Virus record (IMG/VR): IMGVR_UViG_3300032288_000917
Length of the DNA stretch: 64,000 bases
From: an uncultured virus (IMG/VR IMGVR_UViG_3300032288_000917)
Taxonomy: Duplodnaviria; Heunggongvirae; Uroviricota; Caudoviricetes
Reading direction: 5' to 3' (one strand)
Part shown: positions 9,958-18,858 of the stretch, one piece after another
How positions within the stretch are numbered: position 1 is the first letter of the stretch
How the letters are laid out: every line of letters begins with the position of its first letter
The notes under the pieces: model-generated
Databases searched by the model: none
Told to the model about the DNA's origin: nothing
Seen by the model: the letters and a program-made list of their open reading frames with translations, nothing else
Program-made: the position numbers and the translations under genes

Positions 9958-10542
9958 ATGTCTGACAAAATTGTAAAACACGAACAAGACACAGCTGTAA
10001 TGCCCCGCAACGAGATGGAGCAATTACAGTTACTTATTGACTCTAAAGTCTTGCCTGCAAATGTCAAGACTATAGAACAGGCCTTTGCTATTGCTCAGTT
10101 TGGTAAGGACTTAGGCATGAAGCCTATGCAGGCTTTTCATCAAGTATATTCTATTCAAGGTCGTCTTGCTCTTAGTTCTAAAGGTTTGGGTGCTATGTTG
10201 TGGGCCAATGGCATCCAATATAAAACTTTACAGGACTTTGAGAAAGTTGACAAAGGAGACGGTAAGAGTGATTTTATTACTACGATTGAGTTTTATCGTG
10301 GTAAAGTCACAGATCGTGCTTCATTTTATTGGTCTGATGCAGTCCGTGCAGGATGGACTACAAAGGATAACTGGGTTAAAATACCCAAACATATGTTATA
10401 CGCAAGATGTCTTGCTCTAGGTGCTCAGCGTATTGCACCAGACAAGATCCTTGGTCTGTATACTGTAGAAGAAATGGTAGATGTAACCAATGCCCCTGGT
10501 GTATCTATCAATGATGAAGGGGAAGTAACAATTAATCAGTAA
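9958..10542 (+). CDS. RecT/Redbeta-like single-strand annealing protein
   Basis: G..LGMKPMQA...VY.IQGR, DA.RAG...KDNW...PKHML.AR and GLYT.EEM patterns seen in phage RecT-like annealing proteins. Confidence 0.65.
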   Translation: MSDKIVKHEQDTAVMPRNEMEQLQLLIDSKVLPANVKTIEQAFAIAQFGKDLGMKPMQAFHQVYSIQGRLALSSKGLGAMLWANGIQYKTLQDFEKVDKGDGKSDFITTIEFYRGKVTDRASFYWSDAVRAGWTTKDNWVKIPKHMLYARCLALGAQRIAPDKILGLYTVEEMVDVTNAPGVSINDEGEVTINQ

Positions 10543-10548
10543 GCTATC

Positions 10549-10743
10549 ATGGCACAGAAAGAAGTATCAATGGGTGCATTTATTGCAGCCCGCAAAGAAG
10601 GAAAGACTGTAAAAGAACTTTCAGATCAGTTTGGCATCTCAGCAGCTAGTTGCAAAAGCATTATCAAGCAATTAGATCTGCCTAAGCGTGCAACTAAACC
10701 TGGGTTCGTACTTGTGAATGACGTAAATCAAACTTCTATCTAA
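10549..10743 (+). CDS. small helix-turn-helix DNA-binding protein
   Basis: GKTVKELSDQFGISAASCKSII HTH pattern. Confidence 0.6.
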   Translation: MAQKEVSMGAFIAARKEGKTVKELSDQFGISAASCKSIIKQLDLPKRATKPGFVLVNDVNQTSI

Positions 10744-10745
10744 TT

Positions 10746-11291
10746 ATGGCATACGGTAGTAAAACAACCTCAGACGGCAAACAAATTTCAGCTGATGAGA
10801 CACGTACAAGTCCTGTAGTAGGCATTGTTAATGACTGCACCATTAAAGGTGTATTTGAACTAAATGATGATAAGTCTGTGGCTAGTATCACTTTTGTGCA
10901 GCCTAATGGTACAGAGATTACTCACAAAGAGTGGTCTAGTACTGACCCTGCAGGTATTGATGATACTAATCGTCGTATTAAGCATATCTGTACAAAGCTT
11001 GTAACAGAGGCAGAGTATAATGCTATGCCTGAAGCTACTAGCTTTGAAAGTTTCTTTACTAATGTAAACCAGGTTATTTCTGGTAAGACTGCTGGTAAGT
11101 TTAGAATGCTCTTTCATTACAATAACAAAGGCTATGTTACTGTACCAAGGTATCCTAACTTTATTGAGTCTATGACTACTAACCCTACCCGCATCACAGT
11201 CAGCAAGTATGTAGCTGATAGGCTTGTAAAGCCTACAGCTCCTAAGCCTGATCCAGAAATGGACATGTCTGCTGATGCACTTCCTTTCTAA
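10746..11291 (+). CDS. putative single-stranded DNA-binding protein
   Basis: acidic C-terminal tail ending DALPF, as in SSBs; located between the annealing protein and primase; followed by a strong terminator. Confidence 0.65.
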   Translation: MAYGSKTTSDGKQISADETRTSPVVGIVNDCTIKGVFELNDDKSVASITFVQPNGTEITHKEWSSTDPAGIDDTNRRIKHICTKLVTEAEYNAMPEATSFESFFTNVNQVISGKTAGKFRMLFHYNNKGYVTVPRYPNFIESMTTNPTRITVSKYVADRLVKPTAPKPDPEMDMSADALPF

Positions 11292-11317
11292 GTGTCTTTG
11301 TGTTTCTATTATTAGTT

Positions 11318-11350
11318 AGATTAGGGGCGGGTAAAACCGCCCCTTAATCT
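11318..11350 (+). terminator. intrinsic terminator-like hairpin
   Basis: agatta-ggggcgg / ccgcccc-t-taatct stem with gtaaaa loop, followed by a T-rich run, right after the SSB stop. Confidence 0.75.
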
Positions 11351-11357
11351 TTATACT

Positions 11358-12377
11358 ATGTACGGCAAACCAGTAAAAGAACTTACAATAGATGAGATTC
11401 TATCTAGAGTCTCAGAATGGGACTTATGGTCTTATTATATCCCTGGTGTACAGCTCAAGAAGAAATTCAAGAGTCCACTACGTAAGGATGAAGAGCCATC
11501 TGCTTCCTTGTTTGTAAACAGACAAAACTCTATACTCTTTAAAGACTTTGGTACAGGTCAAACAATGAATATCTGGTCTTTCCTGCAGGTTAGATACAAT
11601 GTTACCTTTAGAGAAGTTTTGTTACTGGTTAACAATGACTTCAATCTAAAACTAGGTAGTAAAACCCTGAAGATAAAGCCTTCTATGGAACTCTTTGGAG
11701 TAGTTACTAACCATGTAATAGAGCAAAAGGAACCTAGTACCATTAAAATAAAGAGTAGACCTTGGTCTTTAAAGGACAAAGAGTACTGGGGACAGTATGG
11801 ACTTACCGTATCATTCCTAGACTCTCATAATGTAAAACCTTTACAGAACTATTGGGTCAATGATTATTTAGTATACTGGCATTCAGACAGTAACCCTGCA
11901 TACAGCTATGAGTTTGGACGAAGTAAGAGGAAAGTGTACAGTCCTTTTGCTAAAAAGTTTAAGTTCCTTACTAACGCAGGAGATAAGACAATCCAAGGCC
12001 TAGATTATCTTCCTAAGACTGGAGAATGCTTAGTAATTACAAAGAGTTATAAAGACGTCCTTGTGTTACAAAGTCTTGGTTATCACTCAATTGCCCCACA
12101 AAGTGAGTCTATGACCATATCATCTGAGATGATAGATAATCTTAAAAGTAGGTTTAAGCACATATATCTGTTGTATGATAATGATGCTACAGGTAAAAAG
12201 TACAGTAAAAAACTTTGCGAGCAATATAGGCTTATGTCTATATTTGTTCCAGAGCCTATTAAAGATATATCAGACTATAGAAAAACATACGGTATAGTCA
12301 AAACAGTAGGTTTGCTAAAAGCCCTTCTAGATGAAGACAGAGAAAGAGAAGAAGTCACAAAAGGTAATTCGTTCTAG
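11358..12377 (+). CDS. dnaG: DnaG-type (TOPRIM) primase, crAss-like
   Basis: degenerate ZBD (SPLR.D..PS...FKDFGTG), ITKSYKDV, APQSE, YDND.TG and KDISDY TOPRIM motifs. Confidence 0.8.
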   Translation: MYGKPVKELTIDEILSRVSEWDLWSYYIPGVQLKKKFKSPLRKDEEPSASLFVNRQNSILFKDFGTGQTMNIWSFLQVRYNVTFREVLLLVNNDFNLKLGSKTLKIKPSMELFGVVTNHVIEQKEPSTIKIKSRPWSLKDKEYWGQYGLTVSFLDSHNVKPLQNYWVNDYLVYWHSDSNPAYSYEFGRSKRKVYSPFAKKFKFLTNAGDKTIQGLDYLPKTGECLVITKSYKDVLVLQSLGYHSIAPQSESMTISSEMIDNLKSRFKHIYLLYDNDATGKKYSKKLCEQYRLMSIFVPEPIKDISDYRKTYGIVKTVGLLKALLDEDREREEVTKGNSF

Positions 12378-12771
12378 GCCTAAGCCTAAGTCTCCTAACT
12401 CAGGAGCAAGGGCAAGAAGAAAAGGACATACGTATGAGCGTAATATTGTCAAGTTCTTTAAGGATCTAGGATTTGAGCAAGCCAAAACTAGTAGACTAGG
12501 AAGCAGATTGCTTGATGCTGCAAAGGTGGATATATGTGATATACCATTCAATGTACAATGCAAGGCAGTCGAAGCGCACATAGATTATTACAAATTGACT
12601 GAAGAAATTACAGCTGAGGTCAATAAACTTGTGCCTAAGAGAGCAGAGTATCCTGTAATAATCTTTCACAAAAAGAACAAGAAGACTAACATAGTAATGA
12701 CTATGGAAGAGTTTAAGAAGTTCTTTAACACAATGTGGAGTAACAAATTAATTTATGACCATTACGTTTAG
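12331..12771 (+). CDS. PD-(D/E)xK Holliday junction resolvase-like nuclease
   Basis: RRKGHTYER, VDI and VQCK pattern of Hjc-like phage resolvases. Confidence 0.7.
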   Translation: MKTEKEKKSQKVIRSRPKPKSPNSGARARRKGHTYERNIVKFFKDLGFEQAKTSRLGSRLLDAAKVDICDIPFNVQCKAVEAHIDYYKLTEEITAEVNKLVPKRAEYPVIIFHKKNKKTNIVMTMEEFKKFFNTMWSNKLIYDHYV

Positions 12772-13063
12772 TAGTCAGTACAAAAGAGAATGCTACGATG
12801 CATTCAGATATTCTCCATATATTAATAAAGTCATGGAGTCTCTGGATAGTGGTAATTCTCCTAATCTTAGGTCTTACATGGATGCATCTATTGATGATTT
12901 ACAGAATGAGATAAATCAGCCAATAGGTGATGGTGAGCATAGCATCCATAATAGCAGAGTACAACAACTTAGATTGATGTACTCTAGCTGGTATAAGTTA
13001 TTTGAATTATTGGAAAGTCAAGACACAACAGAATATGAACTACTTCCAAATACCAGCAATTAG
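12755..13063 (+). CDS. hypothetical protein (102 aa)
   Basis: ORF overlaps both neighbours in the operon. Confidence 0.6.
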   Translation: MTITFSSQYKRECYDAFRYSPYINKVMESLDSGNSPNLRSYMDASIDDLQNEINQPIGDGEHSIHNSRVQQLRLMYSSWYKLFELLESQDTTEYELLPNTSN

Positions 13064-14042
13064 TAATTCTTCACTCAGTACATTTAATTACGACCCTTCG
13101 TATTATTACAAGGTACATGTAACCAAGGAGCTTGTAGATAGAAAAGAAAGCTCTTCTCTTACCTTTGGTTCATTGGTACATTGCCTTATACTAGAGCCTG
13201 AAGAAATACCTAACAGGTATGTAGTATCCACGCTAAATCCAGAGGACAAACCTGCTGGTATGATGCTGGACTTTATTAATGCCCTTCTTCAATTTGATAT
13301 TGTAGATGATATTAGCATAGATGCAGCCTATGCAAAGTCAGGCTATAAGATCAGTAAAGAGAAGGTGCTTGAGTCATTTAATAAGTCTGCTAATCAACTC
13401 TACTACAATGAGATGTTTAACAGCAAAGGCAAAAGCCTTGTTTTAAAGAATGAGTTTGATCTTGCTACACAATGTGCAAACATTGCTATGCATAATCCTC
13501 AATGGCCTGAAATCTTAGGTGAGTATACTTGGATTACACACAAAGAACTTGAGATACTGTGGGAAGAAAATGGCCTGCAGTTTAAGTCAAAGCTAGACCA
13601 TCTTTATATAAGAAGGACTGGTGATACTTTGTTTGTCAAGTACTTTGACTATAAGACAGACAGCCAAAAACCTGTATATAAATACATAGAAACATTTGAG
13701 TATTGGAAGACCTACAGACAGATGGCTTTTTATGAGAAAGCTATTAGGCAGTGGGTCAAACAAGAATATGTAGATATTCCTCATGTACACATTGTAATGT
13801 ACCTTGTACCTATTGATGTGATAAGGTGTAAATCCCTTATCTATAACGTAGATAAAAGTTACATTGAGAAAGGTACTAAGGAAATAAACGAAGACCTCAA
13901 TAACTTGTTATGGCATATAGAGACAGGTAAGTGGGAATATCCAAGAGCTACATATAAGCAATTGGAAAGTTCTTCTAGCCTGACTTTGTTTGACAAGGAA
14001 TATTATCTACATTTAGGACTCAATAAGCTGAACATAGCATGA
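13035..14042 (+). CDS. RecE/ExoVIII-like (DUF3799-type) PD-(D/E)xK exonuclease
   Basis: ISNSSL, FGSLVHCLILEP, KSKLD, DYKT and Y.QMAFY motifs; ATG at 13035 preferred over 13002. Confidence 0.75.
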   Translation: MNYFQIPAISNSSLSTFNYDPSYYYKVHVTKELVDRKESSSLTFGSLVHCLILEPEEIPNRYVVSTLNPEDKPAGMMLDFINALLQFDIVDDISIDAAYAKSGYKISKEKVLESFNKSANQLYYNEMFNSKGKSLVLKNEFDLATQCANIAMHNPQWPEILGEYTWITHKELEILWEENGLQFKSKLDHLYIRRTGDTLFVKYFDYKTDSQKPVYKYIETFEYWKTYRQMAFYEKAIRQWVKQEYVDIPHVHIVMYLVPIDVIRCKSLIYNVDKSYIEKGTKEINEDLNNLLWHIETGKWEYPRATYKQLESSSSLTLFDKEYYLHLGLNKLNIA

Positions 14043-14434
14043 AAGAGTGTATAAAGAAAATAGAGGAGTTTCATAAAGCATTCAAGATTCATTCTGAGAG
14101 TGTTCCTACTATACCTGATACAGCTACAGTACAGCTCAGGTATAAACTGGCACTAGAAGAACTCCAAGAATTCATGGATGCATGTCAAGTTGAGGATTCA
14201 GTAAAGGTATTTGATGCACTTGTAGACCAATTATACATTCTTTTAGGTACTGCTCATGTCTTTGGCATGGCAGATGCATTGGAAGAAGGTTTTAAGGAAG
14301 TCCATAGGTCCAACATGACCAAGCTGGATGAGAATGGCAAGCCAGTATATCGTGAAGATGGGAAAGTAATTAAGTCACATCTTTATGAAAAGCCTGACCT
14401 TGCTACAGTTTTAGGCGAAATATATTCAGTATAG
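14039..14434 (+). CDS. MazG-like / PRA-PH family nucleoside triphosphate pyrophosphatase
   Basis: LEELQE, DALVD..Y, EVHRSNMTK and REDGKVIK motifs. Confidence 0.8.
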   Translation: MKECIKKIEEFHKAFKIHSESVPTIPDTATVQLRYKLALEELQEFMDACQVEDSVKVFDALVDQLYILLGTAHVFGMADALEEGFKEVHRSNMTKLDENGKPVYREDGKVIKSHLYEKPDLATVLGEIYSV

Positions 14435-14439
14435 TAAGT

Positions 14440-15015
14440 ATGAGGAAGACCAGGTTTGAACCAAAAGAAAGGAACAAAGCCTACATCTTTCTTCCTCCTA
14501 TGCTTGATATAGACCCTGTATTTATGCAATTGCATCTGTTGCTAAATGTATATTTATCTTCAGATGATCTCCCGGATGTAAAGAATTCCATATTCTTACA
14601 TTATGAGTATCAAGATTTAGAGGGGTCCTTTGCAAGATTAGAAAATAATCTTAAGAAGAACTTGCATTTCAGAGGTATGTATGAACCTGATAAGTACACT
14701 ACCATATTCTATTTTCATGTCCCCAAACACTGGTTTGATGATTATCTCCTGTTCTTAGATAGTAAGTACAGTAAGATTTCTGAGACATTGAAAAAGAAGA
14801 TTCTGAGATTCTACAATCTTGGTTCACACTCCCAAGTGTACAAAGTGCTTTACAGAGATATAGAAAGACGTAGAGAGCTAGAAGAAGAATTAGATGTAGA
14901 GCTACCAGCTGAAGCAGAGGTAGCAAGTGCATTAGACTTTAGACAAGAGAGCTACACAGAAGCACACAAAATAATCCACTTGAATAAATCCAATAAAGAA
15001 CTCTGGGAAATTTAA
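14440..15015 (+). CDS. hypothetical protein (191 aa)
   Basis: long ORF; no function recognised. Confidence 0.7.
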   Translation: MRKTRFEPKERNKAYIFLPPMLDIDPVFMQLHLLLNVYLSSDDLPDVKNSIFLHYEYQDLEGSFARLENNLKKNLHFRGMYEPDKYTTIFYFHVPKHWFDDYLLFLDSKYSKISETLKKKILRFYNLGSHSQVYKVLYRDIERRRELEEELDVELPAEAEVASALDFRQESYTEAHKIIHLNKSNKELWEI

Positions 15016-15023
15016 ATTAAGTA

Positions 15024-15554
15024 ATGCGGAATATCATAGTACCTGAAAGTGCCCTAGAAACTTCCGATAAATTTAAGCAATGGTTCTCTATGATGTACGC
15101 TGAGTTATTTGGCGACCCTTTAGTAATGAAGCTCCAAAGAACGGGCTTTCCTAAAGATCCAGAGAGAGCAACAGCATTGCTTGAGATGATGCTAAAACAT
15201 GTAAATTTGATATTGTTTGGCGATCCTAATTTACCGTACTTTAAGACAAAAACTAAAAGATTCTCTGGTAGAATATCTGATGTATTAGCTGTAACTGCTC
15301 ATCTTATCTTAGAGCAATACGCAATACAACTTGTAGAGCTAGGGAACCATCTTAGTGTAAACCATGCTACTGTTATTTACTACCGAAAGAAAGTAAATGA
15401 CAGGCTATGTGTAGACAAGAAGTTTGCATCTGCGTATATAAGAATCCTTCTTAGTATGCAAAGAGCAGGTCTTATTGACACAATAAAGATTTCTCATCCT
15501 GAGTTATCTAAGTTGTTGAAAGTACATGGTGGAGCACTTGCTGAACTAAAATAG
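15024..15554 (+). CDS. protein with DnaA C-terminal (domain IV)-like HTH
   Basis: LGNHLSVNHATVIYYRKKV resembles the DnaA domain IV DHTTV signature; no AAA+ domain. Confidence 0.6.
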   Translation: MRNIIVPESALETSDKFKQWFSMMYAELFGDPLVMKLQRTGFPKDPERATALLEMMLKHVNLILFGDPNLPYFKTKTKRFSGRISDVLAVTAHLILEQYAIQLVELGNHLSVNHATVIYYRKKVNDRLCVDKKFASAYIRILLSMQRAGLIDTIKISHPELSKLLKVHGGALAELK

Positions 15555-15562
15555 TGTGTGTG

Positions 15563-15599
15563 AAAAGAGAAGGAGGCCCGTAAGCCTCCTTTCTCTTTT
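15563..15599. terminator. bidirectional intrinsic terminator between convergent gene blocks
   Basis: aaaagagaaggaggc-ccgtaa-gcctcctttctctttt near-perfect inverted repeat with A/T tails on both sides, at the strand switch. Confidence 0.85.
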
Positions 15600-15636
15600 A
15601 TTAGTAGCCCTTCGTGAGCCCCTTTTTTTCAACTGA

Positions 15637-18600
15637 TTAAAACAAAGCTCGCTGCTTTATAAAATCTAGGTTGCTTCCAGGGTCTTGAAAATCATAAATT
15701 TTAGAAAGAATAGGAACAAGGTCATTTATATCTTTCTCTAGTTTATAATCTCCTTTTTCATAACGACCTGTCTTTCTCTCATATACCTCAGTAGGAGCAA
15801 AGATTAGCTGCTTCATAGCACCACTCATCTTTTCAAGTACTCCCATAGATACTGCAGGTGTACTAAGGATTCTTAAAGAAGCATTTACATCACCTATATA
15901 AAACCCTACATCATCACTAAACCTTCTAAGTTGTAGTTCTGCGTGTTGAGTTACAGGATCATCATCATCTAAACCACTTAATCCAAAGATTAAGATGTTA
16001 GTTGCAATGAATGTAGATATTTCTACTAAGGTCTTTTTTAAAGCTTCTTGTTCTTCAGGAGTACCAGTAGAGAAAGCTTCTAAAGATTTTTCTTTATAGC
16101 TCTGTATTACTTTATTTATAAATACTCTGTAATATCCTGCAGTCCATTCACCCTCTTCCATATCTACATAACCACGACCCCATCTTTTTCTTATGCTTGG
16201 GTATACGTATTTACGGAACATCATAATAAGCTTACCGTACCATCTTCTTTGAAGACTTGGAGAATCAAACCTATTGTAGACACCATGCATTTCTTTGTTC
16301 ATTTTATGCAGTTTTTGCATAAGATTGAACCTATCCTGCTCAGACCATTCTACACCAGGTTTTAATTTACCATTACCATCATAAGCATCCCAAAGGCTTA
16401 TTTTATCTCCTTTGTAGTTTACTTTAGTACCTTTTAACAAGGCAACCATAGCAGTATACTGAATTTGCTGCTCTGAACCTTTCATTAAAAAATACCCAGC
16501 ATCAGTAGTCATGAGTTTTCTTGCGTAACTACCTGTAATCTTACGACCATACATGTCAGTAAACTCACCTTGAATAGCATCATATACCTCAGCAAGAACA
16601 CCAAGCTTAGATTTAGGTACACCATTAGCTACATCTTGTAGTAAACCTGGAGCTTCAGAAGTATATGTAGCTAAAGCTTCAGCATAATCTTTTGCACTAT
16701 AGTATCTACTACCTACTGTTTGCAGTAAGTTTTGGAAGTTACCAATAGTCACGTTGTTAATAGCAGAAGTTATATTACCCATCAACTGCACAGCAGCTGT
16801 AAGAGCTCCTGCTTTTTTTGCTAGTTTATTTACAGTAATATTAGTACCAGGTATTTTATCTACTATTTCTTCTTCTCCATATACTACTTTATCAAGGAAC
16901 TCAAGCAGTTGGTTGTTTATTTTAGTAGCATCAGCTTCAGTCCATTCTGCTTTATCTATTACATCTTTTATACCACCTAAAGCTGTACGTTGTGTAATAC
17001 CAAGCTGGACATTACCTTTTACCAAGTCTGTAAGAATTGATACGTTAGGTAATACATTAGACATAGTATCATACGTATCAGCCATTTGTGAGAACTTAAG
17101 AACACTTTGCAGTAAGTCTTTACTCAGCTGACTATCCTCAATTAAAGAGGTGTAATAGATTGGTACATACTTCTTTCTTTCTCCTGAAGGAGTAAATACA
17201 CCAAACTCTCTATCATAAGTATCTACTTGTACAGCACGTTGCAAGTCAAGCTTAGCAGCTTTTAAAGGATCTTTAAGATAAGCTGCACGCCTATCATCAA
17301 AATCCTGTGGGATTATACCATGCTTAAGTTGCCTTGCAGGATGTAGCTTTTTATTTGCTGCATCATACTGCTCATACAATTCTTTGTAGTAAGGGTTTGA
17401 AGCTACAAGCTGGAAAAACTTTTCATTCCTATACTTAGCCATAGAGGGTCTTTTAAACTCTCCTGAGTATATAAGTATAGTCTTGCTGTTCTTAGAATAA
17501 ACTTGCTCAGGACTATAATAATCTGAAGTAGATGTACCATCTCCATATAAAGAGTTATCTACTTCTACAGTATTATCTTGAATCCAGCGCTCAAACTTAG
17601 CAGGAGATAGTGTCCTGCGTTTTTCTTCTAGTAAAGCTCTAGTATCAGCAAGCTCAGTGTTAGCTTTATACCAGTTAGCTACTGCTGCTGACCATTGCCT
17701 GTGTTCTTCAGTACCAAGTAAAGGTTTTCTATCACCGTATTTATTCTTAAGCTTCTCAAAGAATTCATCCTTATTCTTTTCAAATAAGTCTGTTCTAATA
17801 GGTGTATGGAAAGCAGCTCTTTTTATATACTTCCATTCACCTTTCTTTTGACCATTTTCTATAATAGGCTTACCATTTTTATCTAGCTCTGCAACAAACT
17901 CTTTGTGCTCTACATAATGATAGTAAGGTCTATTAAAATCATCCTGGTCACCCTCATTACCAGGAATTTGCTTATACAAAGAAAAAAGCTTGTCACGTCT
18001 ATCTATCTGAGCTAAACGTGCATTCTCTAATTCTCTTTTTAAAGTAGAAGCTACAAGACCTAATAAAGGATCTCTACTGTTTGCAACTGTACCAATAAGA
18101 CCTGTTACTACACTTACATCAGCATCTGCATATTTCAGAAGTTCTTCAAGACGCTCTTCAGATATAAGCATATCTTCTTTGCCTCTTTTACGAAGGTTCT
18201 CATTAACCCTATCAAGCTGAGGCTTAAGCCACTTTACTGTAAGAGTGTAAGACAGTTCTTGATAATCATTTATAATATCACGTCTTCTTTGAATAGCATT
18301 GAATAACCAGTCTCCGTGCTGACCAAAGACAGAACTTCCATCTTGTCTAAATACACTTTTATAAATGTCATCCAATACACTGTATGTAGCTACAAACTCT
18401 TTAAGTTCATTAAGAGTTTCAGCTACATCTTTTTTCTCCAGTTCACTAAGCTTGTCATAGTCTCCTGAGAGTAGCATATCTTTAATAGCGTTAATACGCT
18501 TTTCAGCATAAGCTACTTTACTATTGGCAGTACGTATAAGGTAAAGCATACCTTCATACTTATTACCTTGCTCAAGATTAAACAGGATAGTGTCAATCTC

Positions 18601-18858
18601 TTGTACAAGCTTTTGACCTAAAGGTTTTTCTTGATAAATCTTACGTTGCTTTTGTAAGACCTCTTTTACCTTATTGACTAAAGGCTTGGGTACAATAGGT
18701 ACTCCTTCTTTGTCTTGTTCTAAAAGTTTCTTAGCATCAGTAAGACTTGACGGAATGTCAAACTTATTCAGAATGTATGCCTTCATGGCTTGGTCTTCAC
18801 CAAGCGCATCAATCATTTCACGGTATATAGGGTGTGCTTTGTTAGGACAGAATTGCAT
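15637..18858 (-). CDS. large alpha-helical virion-associated (ejected cargo) protein
   Basis: 1073 aa; TAATG-coupled to the virion RNAP gene; position matches the large internal proteins of crAss-like phages; function inferred. Confidence 0.6.
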   Translation of the reverse strand: MQFCPNKAHPIYREMIDALGEDQAMKAYILNKFDIPSSLTDAKKLLEQDKEGVPIVPKPLVNKVKEVLQKQRKIYQEKPLGQKLVQEIDTILFNLEQGNKYEGMLYLIRTANSKVAYAEKRINAIKDMLLSGDYDKLSELEKKDVAETLNELKEFVATYSVLDDIYKSVFRQDGSSVFGQHGDWLFNAIQRRRDIINDYQELSYTLTVKWLKPQLDRVNENLRKRGKEDMLISEERLEELLKYADADVSVVTGLIGTVANSRDPLLGLVASTLKRELENARLAQIDRRDKLFSLYKQIPGNEGDQDDFNRPYYHYVEHKEFVAELDKNGKPIIENGQKKGEWKYIKRAAFHTPIRTDLFEKNKDEFFEKLKNKYGDRKPLLGTEEHRQWSAAVANWYKANTELADTRALLEEKRRTLSPAKFERWIQDNTVEVDNSLYGDGTSTSDYYSPEQVYSKNSKTILIYSGEFKRPSMAKYRNEKFFQLVASNPYYKELYEQYDAANKKLHPARQLKHGIIPQDFDDRRAAYLKDPLKAAKLDLQRAVQVDTYDREFGVFTPSGERKKYVPIYYTSLIEDSQLSKDLLQSVLKFSQMADTYDTMSNVLPNVSILTDLVKGNVQLGITQRTALGGIKDVIDKAEWTEADATKINNQLLEFLDKVVYGEEEIVDKIPGTNITVNKLAKKAGALTAAVQLMGNITSAINNVTIGNFQNLLQTVGSRYYSAKDYAEALATYTSEAPGLLQDVANGVPKSKLGVLAEVYDAIQGEFTDMYGRKITGSYARKLMTTDAGYFLMKGSEQQIQYTAMVALLKGTKVNYKGDKISLWDAYDGNGKLKPGVEWSEQDRFNLMQKLHKMNKEMHGVYNRFDSPSLQRRWYGKLIMMFRKYVYPSIRKRWGRGYVDMEEGEWTAGYYRVFINKVIQSYKEKSLEAFSTGTPEEQEALKKTLVEISTFIATNILIFGLSGLDDDDPVTQHAELQLRRFSDDVGFYIGDVNASLRILSTPAVSMGVLEKMSGAMKQLIFAPTEVYERKTGRYEKGDYKLEKDINDLVPILSKIYDFQDPGSNLDFIKQRALF

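Noticed and set aside
119..13790. Short minus-strand ORFs within the replication block
   Set aside because: Antisense to well-supported genes, with no independent evidence
15606..15630. Second hairpin next to the bidirectional terminator
   Set aside because: Only a weak 5-bp stem with G-U pairs on the minus strand; not supportable as a separate element
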